DNA of 64,000 nucleotides from Chlorokybus atmophyticus (Eukaryota; Plantae; Mesostigma and Chlorokybus algae): NCBI GenBank assembly GCA_009103225.1, contig RHPI01003389.1, positions 434,001 to 498,000 of the forward strand, read 5' to 3'. Shown piece by piece: positions 11,593 to 24,385 of this stretch (position 1 is its first letter; each line of letters starts with the position of its first letter). The notes under the pieces were generated by a model. It saw only the letters and a program-made list of their open reading frames with translations, ran no database searches and was not told where the DNA came from. The position numbers and the translations under genes were made by a program.

Positions 11593-12986
11593 GACAGGCA
11601 TCTTTGTGGGGTACGAGCCAAACTCCATGGCATACAGGATTTTGCTTGAAGACAGCAAAAAGATCGTGGTACGAAGGGATGTTATCTTTGACAAAACGAA
11701 GGTGGCGACTTCACCAACAACACCTTCTGCAACTATGGACATTGACATTGCTGATGAGCCAGATGTCATCATTGCACCACCTGGCAATGTGGAGGTCCCT
11801 GGCAATTCGCCACACCTTGAGGAGGACAAGATTGCACCTATGGATGAGCAAGAGAGGTGCTACCCTATGAGTAACGGAGCACCACCACTATTGTACCAAA
11901 AGTTTTAGGCCATGAGTGCTGAGACGATTGAGGAGAAGGATCCAAGCACCTACCATGAGGCCATTACAGCTTTTTATGCTGAGTTGTGGTGTAAGGCCAT
12001 GGATGAGGAGATTGCTTCGCTACACGCTAACAAGACTTGGGTACTTGATCACGTTTTAAGGCGTCAAGCCAATACCTGTCAAGTGGGTTTACAAGATCAA
12101 GCGTGATGGCAAGGGCAACATTGAGCGCTACAAGGCGCGAAGTGTAGCAAAGGGCTTCCCACAAGAGTAGGGCATTGACTACAAGGAGGTGATTGCGCCT
12201 GCTAGTAAGCACACAACCTTTAGGGCACTGCTTGCAATGGTTGCTGTAGAGGACTTGGAGCTGCACCACTTAGACGTGAAGACTGCTTCTGTATGTGGAA
12301 AGATAGTTGAGCAGATCTACGTGCAGCAGCTTCAAGGTTACGAGGAGGGAGGCTCAAGCAAGGCTTGCTGGCTACACAAGGCTCTTTGTGAGCTTAGGCA
12401 AGCGCAAGAGTCTGGCATATACGGCTCAGCAAGGAGCTAGAGTATATGGGCGTCCAGCAATCATTATCAGATTTTGGGCTCTTCATTAGCGAAGACGGCC
12501 AACTGTGGTTGCTGGTGTATGTGGATGACATGATCTTGGCATCACATGATATTGCTGCAATGTCACACATCAAGGTGACACTACAATCTGCTTTTAAGAT
12601 TTGGGATCTTGGCAATGCACGCCTGTTCCTCGGCATTGTCATCACCAAAGACAGAGTTGCAAGGACAATGAAGATCACTTAAAAGCACATGGTCTCAAAT
12701 GTACTCAAGAAGTTCATGTTGCAAAGCGCCAAGGGCAAGGCAACACCACTGAGCGTGGGAGTACATCTACTCAAGGCACAAGACACTATTGCAGTGCTTG
12801 ACAAGGCTACGTATCCATATAGTGAGCTAATTGGGAGGCGCATCTACTTGTCCATCAACACGAGGCCTAACATCGCACAAATTGTGGGAGTCTTGGCGAG
12901 ACACATGTCAGCACCAACCATGGAGCACAAGATCGACTACAACCAACAGTTGCTGCATCAACCACTGAGGCCAAGTACATGGCGGC

Positions 12987-15042
12987 TGTTGAGAACTAGT
13001 GATGCGCCTAGTGTGTGTGTATTTGCCTCTTACATACAAGTGTGCACACACTAAAGACAAGTGCAGCAAGCACGCTAATTCTAGAGACAATGTGCGACCC
13101 ATTGTATTAAGCAGTATACAGTGTCTTATATACTATGCTACTAAGCACTAGCCAACTCTGGTCAAAGTCAACACTAGTCAACACTAGTCAATGGTCAAAG
13201 TTAAAGTCGATTATGGTTGACCATAACTGCCGCAACTCCTGTAACTTGCGTAACTCCCATAACTATAAAGGTTAAGCTGATCATACCAACTACATGTAGG
13301 CGCCGCCTATACATGTACTTTCAACAAGCTATAACATTTAACACTCCCACGCGAGCAGCTTGACCTTGAACTCCAAGATCTTCTCGCAAGCTTACCCACA
13401 TTAACTTACTCCTTTTAACACTCCCACGGATCTGTTGCTCCCACGCACTTGATGCTTGTCTCCATGACACCATATTTCTCCTCATGCTGCCAGCAGGACT
13501 ATAAGGTTCCAATACTCCTTGTTTCCTCCTCATAGTTGTCGCATCAGGTTCCACCACGCCACGCCTGACCATGCTCAGGTGGTTTCGAAGACTCCCTCAA
13601 TGGCAAACTATGCTATAAACTATACTGAGTTCTCTACCTTAGCAATGCTGTACCAGAGTGTAGGCCGTGCAAGGGTTGATCAGACCCTTTTACCAAGGAA
13701 AGCACCCCTCCCATCTTCTGTTAGCTAGCTATACAACTCAGTCCTTGCATGCCAAGTAAATGAAGTGTTCTATCCAATACCCCACACCTGTGTGCTACAA
13801 AAAACAACTCCACAGCAATGCAACCTCTAATGTATGCAGCTCAACACCAGCAACTACGCATAGGCTAGCAGTAACTCTCACAAACATTTGTGTCTGCGAT
13901 CTCCGTCTACGCATGTCCTTCACGCGCCCTTGCAGTGGGAGAGGATGGACGAACACCATCCACTGCAACTTTTTGAGGTCCTCACCAATGCTAGAAAGCA
14001 ACAGCCACCGTGGCGTGCTCCTCCTTGGTTGCCGCATGGTGGATCCTCTTCTGGCACTCGCGAATGAAGTGGCCCTTCATCTTGCAGTCGTAACACTCTT
14101 TGTCACGTAATGGCTTCCCACCACCTGCTTTGCACCTGCTTCGTGTTGAGAAGATAAGGCAACAAGTGCGATAGGTTCTCCACCATTCTCTATCTCCTGA
14201 ACATCCAACTTGCCTTCCACAGCTAGCAGCTCAGGCACTACATCAGCAAACTTCAATACTACATCTGAGGACTTAAACACAGTCTCTAGCGTAGCAAAGC
14301 TCTCTTCTAAGCCAGCTATAACTGCCCAACCACATCACCTCCTCTTCCTTCACATCGTGGCCCACTGCTGCAAGGTCTTGCCAAAGCTCCCGTGCACGCG
14401 AGATGTACTTTTGAATTGGCTCCTTGTGCTCCATCATCAGAAGTGTCAGCTTGCATCTCAGTTGCAACTTGCGCGAGTTGCTGTAGGCCTTGAAGAGGGT
14501 GTCGAAGACCTCCCACGCCACACGTCCAGTCTTGCAATCCGCAATACGAGGGAGATGGAAGTCTTTGTCGTGCAAGCCTATCAGCGCAAAAGCTGACTGT
14601 GAGTTCTTTGTCCAGGTACCAGCGTTACCTGTTCTGGGCCGCAATGATGTGGAGGAGGAGTATTAAATGTTATAGCTTGTTAAATGTTATAGCTTATTGA
14701 AAGTACATGTATAGGCGGCGCCTACATGTAGTTGGTACGATCAGCTTAACCTTTATAGTTATGGGAGTTACGAGAGTTACGGGAGTTACGGGAGTTATGG
14801 TCAACCACGATCAACTTGGACTTTGACCATTGACTGGTGTTGACTAGTGTTGACTTTGACCGGAGTTGACTAGAGTTGACTAGAGCTTAGTAGCATAGTA
14901 TATAAGACACTGTTTACTGCTTAATACAGCGGGTCGCACATTGTCTCTATAATTGGCGTGCTTGCTGCACTTGTCCTTATTGTGTGCACTTGTATGTAAG
15001 TGGCAAATACACACACACTAGGCGCATCACTAGTTCTCAACA
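12987..15042 (-). mobile_element. Family B gag-only element with inverted LTRs (12987-13343 and 14661-15042)
   Basis: TSD GCGGC at 12982-12986 and 15043-15047. Copia gag (UBN2-like, CCHC CYDCKMKGHFIREC) on the minus strand at 14644-14005. The two ends are reverse complements of each other. Confidence 0.88.
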
Positions 15043-15729
15043 GCGGCTTCATCTGCGGTGAAGGAAGCATTATGGCTTTGCAAGTTGGTCACTAATTTGT
15101 GACATGCATTGAGCTGTGTTACAATTGTGTGTGACAACCAGCGAGCGCTTAAGTTAAGCATGCACCCCATCACATCTGCTAGGTCGGAGCATATCAGCAT
15201 CATGCACCACTTGGTGAGAGGAAGAGCTCGAGGCGAGGTAGAGTTCAGGTACTGCAGCACGGAGGCATGCTCGCGGACTGCATGACTAAACCACTACCAC
15301 CAACCAAGTTCCAGACTTGTTGCATAGGGCTCGGAGTTGAAGGCTAAAAAGGCTCGTGCGGGACTGTTAAAGGTACATTATTAGGCGCCTTAGCTAAATA
15401 TCTACGATTATCTTCACCTTGAGAGTTACGGTCAGTTGTCATTATAGGAGTTACAGTCCACTATGGTTATCATTGACTTTGACCTTTGACTTTGACTTTG
15501 ACTTTGTTTATGACCTTTGACTTTGACTTTGACTTTGACTTTGATCGTTGACTAGTGTTGACTAGTGTTTACGTTGACTAGCATTAACTAGTGTTGACTA
15601 GCACTCGCTAGTGTACCACATAAGATATTGTATGTTGTGCAATACAGGAAGATCCACTCTGCTCTGTTACCAACACCACACTTGTGCTTGTTATTATTAC
15701 TACTGTGCAATCTCAATAGATGCACCTAC

Positions 15730-18700
15730 TGTAAGGAGAGGGGGTGCTACCTCCTCCCTTTAATCCCCTACCCCAACACCACCACCAGCCACGCCGACCA
15801 CACCGCCGCCGCTGGGGGCAACTGCCGAAGCAGAAGATCCCCTGGCTATGGCGGCTGCTGCGTTAGCAGTGCCGCCATACAGCTGATATCGACATGAGAC
15901 TCATGTCTCATGTCGATATCAGTGTTACAGTTAAGTAACACTACATTAGGGCCTTATCACTAGGTTAACGGCCCTAATACGGCTTAATTGGCTGTATATA
16001 CCCGTTGGGACCCTTATTTAATCCTAAATAAGGGCGGGGAACCTCTATAGAGGTAGCACTCCGTTACATTCCCCCTCACTTAGGTTTTAATGTCCTCATT
16101 GAAGGGTTAGCAAAGCCCCACCATGAGCACCGAGAACCAAAGCAGTGAGAGAACCATGGCCGAAGCGGTAAAGATGTCTGCCAGCACCCTTTTACCGTCC
16201 GCGTGTGGACACAGCATTCCAGTACCCCCGAAGAATCTCTTGGCAGTTGGTAAGATTCCTTTCGGGCTCCCACGTGTTGTGCTCAACACCATACCCTTTC
16301 CATTTCACCAAGTAAGACGGCGCGCGTCCGCGTCGAAGCTTACGGTGACTCAGGATTGCTTCCACCTCATACTCGAAAGTATCATCGCCATCCACTGCAA
16401 CAAAGGGTGGAGGAGGTTGAACCCGACCGTCAGAACGGTATGGTTTCAGTACACTCACGTGAAACACATTGTGAATGCGTATCGACTTTGGCAAGTTCAA
16501 ACGATACGCGTGAGTGCCGACCCGATCAATTATTTTAAAAGGGCCTATCCAGCGTGGGAAAAACTTGCGGGTACCCACTCCCTTGATGGATACGTTTTTG
16601 GTACTTAAAAGCACCGAACAGCCCACATCGTAGTTGGCCTCTCTACGATGCGCATCAGCTTGGGCTTTTTGTCTGTCTTGCGCTGCGCGCAGACAGTCTT
16701 TTGCCAACGCTAACCTATCCTGCATGGCCGAGGCCATCTCGCGCGCTGCAGGTACGCGAGTCACGTCAGTAGCGGGCAACTTAATGTTCGCAGGACTCAG
16801 TGGATGCACTCCGTAATTCAAGAAGAATGGAGTCTCCTGCACACTCTCTTGCCATGCATTATTAATCGCAAACTCAGCCATTGGGAGATAAATATCCCAA
16901 TCATTCTGATTCGGGCTCACATAATGCCGGATGGTTTCCTTAATCACTTGATTGGCGCGTTCTGTCTGACCATCCGTCTGTGGATGGTAAGCAGTGCTCA
17001 TGTTCTGCTGAATGTGTAAGAAGCTGCATAGCGACTTTCAAAACTGAGCCACAAATCGCGGATCGCGATCTGACACCAAGTTGCGGGGCAAGCCATGCAA
17101 CTTGAACACAGACGCGACAAAAACCATCGCCAACTCACGGGAGCCTATCTCTGTGCGACAAGGGACAATGTGGACCATTTTTGTCAAACAATCCACAAAA
17201 ACTGCAACCGCAGTGTGACCTAATGCTGTCTCTGGGAGCCCAGTAATTAAGTCCATACTCACACTTTCCCATTTGCCATCAGGAATAGGCAATGGTCGCA
17301 GCAAACCAGCGGGTTTCTGACGTAACGGCTTATCACGCTGACATTTGTCACACGTGTCCACATACCGTTTTACATCAACAGGCAACGATGGCCACCAATA
17401 CAACTGTTGCGCTGCTTTAGCAGTCTTGCGATTGCTAAAGTGCCCAGCGTATGGTGGATCGTGTACATCAGCTATGCATTCCGCACGCAATCCACCATGG
17501 TCAGGTATTACCAAGCTGGTGCCCACATAATACAAATTGTCTCGTTTGCTCAGCTTTTGCACGCTGTCCTCTGACAAGAACCATGGGTCAAAAGCATACC
17601 CTTGCACAACAGCTTGCACAAACTCATCATCCGGTGGCAATGTACCGCGCATCGCAAGCAACTGCGCACGCATAGCTGCCAACAATGATGGACAACGACT
17701 CAGAGGATCAGCAACATTGGTTCCGCCTGGCCGGTATACCCACTCAAAGGTAAACCGAAACAGAAACTCATTCCAGCGGGCTTGCCTTCGTGACAAGTTT
17801 TGCTGTGTTGAGAAATACACTAATGGATTGTGATCAGTCACCATTGTGAACTAAACCCCCTCCAAGTAACATCGCCATGTTTCCAGAGCATGTACTATAC
17901 CAAGCAACTCTTGCTCGGTGGTAGTTTAATTCACCTCTGTTGGGATGAACTTCCTACTCTCATAAGCACATGGTCTGCCATCTTGCAACAGTACTGCACC
18001 ACACCCAAGGGTGGACGCATCGCTAACCACAGTGAAATGCTTGTCCCAGTTTGGCAATGCCAACACTGGAGCAGAAGTCAAAGTTAGCTTCACCTGTTGC
18101 ATAGCAGCTTCTTGTTCAGCTGTCCATAAAATGGAGCATCTTTTCGCAACAGTTTTGTCAAAGGCACCACTACTGTGGAGTACCCCATCATAAACTTGCG
18201 AAAGTAGTTTGCCAATCCCAAGAATGATCACAGCTAATGGATATTCTTAGGTTGAGGCCAATCCTTTACAACTTGCACTTTGCGAGGGTCAGGTTTCACA
18301 CCCGCAACGCTCACAATGTGCCCCAAGAATGGCAACTCCGTCTTGCAGAAGTCACACTTCGCAAGATTGGTAAACAAGCGATGTGTACGCAGCAAGGCGA
18401 ACACCGCTTTCAAGTGCTGCTTATGCTCTTCCTTGGGTTTATTAAAGTCAATAATTTCATCCAAGTAAACCATAACATACTTGCCAAGTATGCCACCAAA
18501 ATCTTATTCATTTCCTTCCGAAACACTGCGGGCGCATTCGTCAATCCAAAAGGTAACACTTTGTATTGATAATGGCCCGAAGGTGTTCTGAATGCTGTCT
18601 TGTAAACATCAGAAGGATGAATCCGGATTTGATGATACCCACTTGTCAAGTCCAACGTACTAAAGTACGCATTTCCCGATAGTTTATCAAACACATCATC

Positions 18701-21700
18701 AATCCGGGGCAGCGGGTATCGATTCTTTACCGTGACCTTGTTCAAAGCACGGTAATCCACACACATGCGCAGCTTTCCATTCTTTTTCATCACAAACAAG
18801 ATGGGCGCGCCAAAGGGTGAAGAACTCGGTTCAATCAATCCCTTTTCCATTAACTCTTTGATTTGAGTTTCCATTCCCCCCCCCTCTCGGGGGCTCAGCC
18901 TATATATAGGCCGAAACGGAGGCTCACTATCAGGAATGAGTGATATTGTGTGTTCGACACCTTGATCAGAAGGTAAGCCTAGCAACTCATCTGAGAACAC
19001 ATCTTGATACTCCTCAATGATGTCTGCATCACCTTCTATATTTCCCGGCACAAAGTCGTCCGACAACGTCAAGTGTACCAGAAACGCCGGTGTATTTTTG
19101 CGCAACGCACGTTTCACTTGCAGTGCAGTGAGTAGCGCAGGGTCGGTCTGCTTGTGGTCCAAGCTATGTGACCCTTTCACTGGCAATGTTACACGCTTAC
19201 GACCTTTCTGTACTGTGCACAAGCGTGCGCCAGTATCCAATGTCATTTTGACATTTTCCTGCCATTCCTGTCCTAATACCACATTAACACCTGATATGTC
19301 GATGGATACCACTAAAACAGTAAGAGTGGCATGATAATTACCAATCTTTACTTTCATTTTTATATCCCCTTTCACTGGCAACGCACCCCCCGCACCGGCA
19401 GCTAAAAATGCTGAGGGTTTACACGCTATCTTGTTGCGCACAACCCATTATTCCTCAACGAAGTTGTGTGTTGCACCAGTGTCAATCAAAAACGCACTGT
19501 TTACACCTTGCATTGTGCCACTACATGTCCACAACAGAGGTACCACCCGTCCTTGAAATGTAGCCAAGAGTCCGTGACTAATGCGAGGGTTGATCATTAT
19601 GGCTGACAACCGTACTATCCCTGTTTCGCGCTTGCTGAATTGCTTCAACACAGACCCCCCGCAAGTATGTTTTAACCATGGGCCATGATACTTTGGCACC
19701 ATCACCACCATACTCAAGGTTTTTGTGCTTATTCTGCAACTCAGTCAATGCATGCACCTCATTGGTAAGCATGTTGAACTCCACATGTACAAGCACACAA
19801 GCATAGTCTTCCACTTTTTCAACATAAAAGAGTGGCAACTTGTCATGTGCTTGCCATGCATGTGTCATTACATGCACTTAAGACAGATCATCAAACCAGT
19901 TTGCTGCTTGCATCTTAAGCAACTGGCTATCAACCGCATCTACATCAGTTACAGCGTAATCCTATTCAACCTTCTTGGCCTTGCCCTTCTTGGCGGGGCA
20001 GTTCTTCGCAATGTGGCCCGGCTGGTGACAGACGTAACAGGTGCGAACCGCAGCGGGTGTAGCACCACCAGCAGATGTGCCACCGGTCGGAGGCGTGAAT
20101 GTCTTCGCCTTCTTTGCCGTGTGCGCACTCGGCTGAGGGTAACGCTTTCCTCCCACCCCGTGCGGCTTGGCCGCAGCTGCCACATGTGACTTTTCCTGCA
20201 CCGCCGTGTCATCACTGTACAAATACACACTCAGCTTCTGCAGCTGGGCCAAGTCCTCAGGAACTCAAGGAAGTCCCGTTGCCGTGTTGTACTGCAGCTG
20301 ATCGCGCACACGCGCATCCAAGCCGCGCTTGTACAACTCAAATTGCTCAGCCTTGTCCATGGGCATGAGGCCACAGTTCACGCGGCCCACCAACGCTTGG
20401 AACTCCTGCAGATAGACTGAAGCCGTCCTGCCATTCTGTCACAGCTTGTTGAGCTTGTTGCGAGCCTGAGTAGCCGGATCCATGCCACCATAGCGCTCCA
20501 CAAGGAACTTGAATAGTGCCTCCAATGTCTTAGCCGCACCATCCTCTGTCTGCCCAAGGATACAAGCCGTCAATACTGGAAGTTTGCAAGTGCACAAACA
20601 CACAAGTTGTGCACTTCAAAAGTGACAAAATCTACTGATTTTTCCTCGTCAAGTTTCAAGTGCTTAACGTGAAGTATTCAGCCCGAAGAAGAGCTCTCCA
20701 CACACCTCTCAACTAGATACTTGATTTAAAACAAACCGCACGCGAATCCACGCGGCGGTTCGCAAGCTATAGCCACTCAAAGTTTTCACTTTGTACAACT
20801 CAGCTCAACTCACAATTGCAATTGACACACAAGGTGCCAAAGTCTCGTTGAATCAGCCCTACAGGCCGATATCGACAAGTTGTGAGTCGTGAGTTTGATA
20901 TCGGCCGCCCAAAATGACTCTGGCGGCCTCACCGCACTGACTGGCGGTCGGAACAGCCGATATTGCCACCGAACTGCCCCACAAAGGTTGATAATGTAAA
21001 AACCACTTCAAACCCTTCACACCACCACGAATCCACGTGGTGGCAATGTCCCAAGCACACACAAGTGTTTATAATAATATAAAGTACTATGTGATGTGCT
21101 GGACATGCAATGCCTAGAGGAGAAAGCCTGAATGGCCGCCTCCCCTAACAGCAAGCTAGGCTAGGCCAGGGCGACTAGGCTAGGCTAGGCCAAGCAAGCA
21201 AGTAAGCAAGGCTAAGCTAAGCTAAGCTACACCAGCAGCAGCGTTATGCACAACAACAGCAACAACAACTAACACCACTACCCACCCTAACTTGTGGGTA
21301 GCTAAGCTAGCGCCGCCGCCGCCGTTGCCGCTGCTGCGTCGCCTGCTGCGTCGCCTACTGCCAATAGTTGCCGCCGCTACTGCGCCGCCAGAGCCGCCGC
21401 CGCCCCCCACAGACCCCTCGCCGTCCTTGCTCCGATACCAATGTAAGGAGAGGGGGTGCTACCTCCTCCCTTTAATCCCCTACCCCAACACCACCACCAG
21501 CCACGCCGACCACACCGCCGCCGCCAGGGGCAACTGCCGAAGCAGAAGATCCCCTGGCTATGGCGGCTGCTGCGTTAGCAGTGCCGCCATACAGCTGATA
21601 TCGACATGAGACTCATGTCTCATGTCGATATCAGTGTTACAGTTAAGTAACACTACATTAGAGCTTTAACACTAGGTTAACAGCCCTAATACGGCTTAAT

Positions 21701-21780
21701 TGGCTGTATATACCCGTTGGGACCCTTATTTAATCCTAAATAAGGGCGGGGAACCTCTACAGAGGTAGCACTCCGTTACA
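15730..21780 (-). mobile_element. Full-length (6.05 kb) Ty3/Gypsy chromovirus, mutationally disabled
   Basis: 339-bp LTRs at 15730-16068 and 21442-21780 (about 7 differences by eye); TSD CCTAC; PBS TGGTATCGGAGC (iMet-like); PPT. Gag CCHC (CYVCHQPGHIAKNC), protease (LIDTGATH), RT ([11 protein letters not shown]; YLDE), RNase H (SDAS), integrase and chromodomain. Confidence 0.97.
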
Positions 21781-22126
21781 CCTACTGTGTGGGAATGCGC
21801 CTCTCAAATACAAACGTGCACACATTAAGGACAAGTGCAGCAAGCACGCCAACCTCAGAGACAATGTGCGACCCATTGTAAGCAGTATCCAGTGTTGTAT
21901 ATACTATGTTAAGCACTAGTCAACTCTAGTAAACTTTTTACTAAATGTCAACACTACACAACATTAGTCAATAGTCAATGTTAATGATGAAAGTCAAAGT
22001 GGACCATGGTTGACCATAATGGCGGTTGACCATAATTGCCGTAACGACGAAGGTCAAGCTGATTGTACCAATTACATGTCGGTACCGCCTATACATGTAC
22101 CTTGAACAACATATAACGTTCAACAC

Positions 22127-24385
22127 TGTTGAAGGTTAATTATATGAAGTTTGCTAGTATAGTATGGTTATGGTACATATTGAAGGTTAAGCATATGAGG
22201 GTTGCTAGTATAGTATGCTTATAGTACTATCAGCTTGTTGATGTTACTTGGACCATGTGCGGCGGTTACGCAATGGGAGTTACAGTCAACAGGAGTTACG
22301 GGAGTTACGAGAGTTACGGTCAACCTTAACTTTGACCATTGACTAGGGTTGACTAGGATTGACTTTAACCGTTGACTAGTGTTGACTAGAGTTGACTTTG
22401 ACTAGGGTTGACTATTCTTTTCTGGTGTTGACTAGCTTAGTATATAAGTCACTGTATGTGGCGCATACAGTTGAAACTGCGATAGGAACATACTTCTCTT
22501 TGTTGTTGACATGCTATTGCACTTGTTGTTCCCCTTGTATGAGCGCATATATGAGGTAGGGCGCATACATGCACACTAGTTCTTAACAGGTTACGGGCCC
22601 ACACATGCTTAGAGTGGAAGTGTGTTGTGGTCGTGTAGGAAGTTGTAGTTGCTTAAGGGGAGTAGGTTGCGGCATCTGTGTGTAGCAGGAGGGCAACCAA
22701 CGCCAAGGAAGCATGGACAACATGACGATTACGATTGAGCCGCTGGACGTGGACAACTACAGCACTTAGAGCATCAAGATGGAGCTGTTGCTCGTACACA
22801 AAGACATGTGGAAATATGTGGACCCCGCGGAGGATGTTCTTTTGGGAAAGGAGGCAACCTGGGAGAAAGAAGGGAAGAAAGCTTTGGCATTGCTGGGTTT
22901 GCACGTTGCTGAGCATCACTTGATTATGGTGAGAGAGTGCAAAGGTGCAAAGGAGTTTCAGGCAAAGCTTAAGAGCCACTTCAAAGCTCGCAACATGGCG
23001 AGGAGGCTGCAGTTGAGGCAAGAGCTGAACGCATTGTGGAAGGAGAGTGGAGAGCCAATCACAAAATCTGTGGCGCGTGCAAAGGCGTTGTGGAAGGACT
23101 TGCTGGGTGTAGGGCACGAGTTGACAGAGCAAGAAGTGGTGTGGGTTGTGCTTTCGGGGTTGCCAAAGGAGTACAGGGTGGTACCGACCATTATGGAGTC
23201 TGCAACGGAGGAGTTGACACTTGATGGCGTACTACCACGCTTCTTCAGGAAGAGCAGCGCTTGCAGAAGAAGGTTGGGAAGAAAGACCAGTTGCAGCTAC
23301 GGCTTTTATGGTAAAGAAAGGCACTCATGGTAGCGGCAAGGAGTGTTGGCGTTGCGGCGAGCGTGGTCACTTCAAGTATCAATGTCCCCACATGAAGACG
23401 TCCACCTACGGGAGCACCAATAGCAAGAAGGGTGAGAGAATTGCACTCTAGGGTTATGGTGTAGGTTGGAGAAGGAAGAGGAGATAGTGGCAATCTTCTT
23501 ATAACTAAGCTGGGAGTATCTAGCTTGGTGCCGAGTGCGAGAAGTACTTGGTGGAGGAGGCGTCCTTCATACGTGGGAGCTGGTGTATTTCAGCTTGGAG
23601 TGTTGCAGTGCGTGCAGTACTTGCGGGGCGAGCCAAGAGCGCGTGGTTGCTGTCTACTCAACAGCATGGTGTTTGAGCGTGATGCTTGAACATGGATATG
23701 AGAGGAGTAGCTGAGCGCGAGAAGAGTGGAGCTTACACTTTGCGAGCATGGTTTAGTGCTCAAGGTATACTATATGCAAGCGAGCAGTTTGCCGGGTGAC
23801 AAGCATTGGGAGCGAGCAGCTCGAGGTGCTAGCGTCATGTATTGGAGCGAGAAGTTCCAAGTCAACTTGAAGGCAATGAAGGCGTGGGAGCTTGTGCATG
23901 CTGATGTGCAGATGCGGACAACAAGCTGCCTGCGTAGGAGTGTTGATGATTAAGCATATGAGGTTTGCTAGTATAGTATGCTTATGATACATGTTGAAGG
24001 TTAAGCATATGAGGTTTGCTAGTATAGTATGCTTATAGTATAGTCAGCTTGTTGATGTTACGTGGACCATATGCGGTGGTTACACAATGGGAGTTACAGT
24101 CAACAGGAGTTACGGGAGTCACGAGAGTTATGGTCAACTTTGACTTTGACCATTAACTAGGGTTGACTAGGGTTGACTTTGACCATTGACTTGTGCTGAC
24201 TAGAGTTGACTAGTCTTTTCTAGTGTTGACTAGCTTAGTATTTAAGTCACTGTATGTGTCGCATACAGGTGGAATTGCAATAGGAACATACTTCTCTTTG
24301 TTGTTGACATACTATTGCACTTGTTGTTTCCCTAGTGTGAGCGCGTGCATGAGATAGGCGCATACATGCACACTAGTTCTTAACA
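22127..24385 (+). mobile_element. Family A gag-only Copia element (TR-GAG-like)
   Basis: Direct LTRs 22127-22588 and 23941-24385. PBS GGTTACGGGCCC at 22589. Copia gag 22715-23451 with frameshifts and CWRCGERGHFKYQC. No pol. PPT-like GCGTAGGAG. TSD imperfect. Confidence 0.9.

Larger units (their letters stand above)
10949..15718 (+). mobile_element. Family C Ty1/Copia copy 1, 5'-truncated (integrase, RT, RNase H, 3' LTR 15365-15718), with two family B insertions
   Basis: TAPYTPELNGAVERLNRTL (IN); LHHLDVKT and VYVDDM (RT); STTEA.YMAASSAVKEALWL and MLADCMTKPL (RNase H). PPT-like GCTCGTGCGGGAC before LTR TGTTAAAGG. Many stops and frameshifts. Confidence 0.92.
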
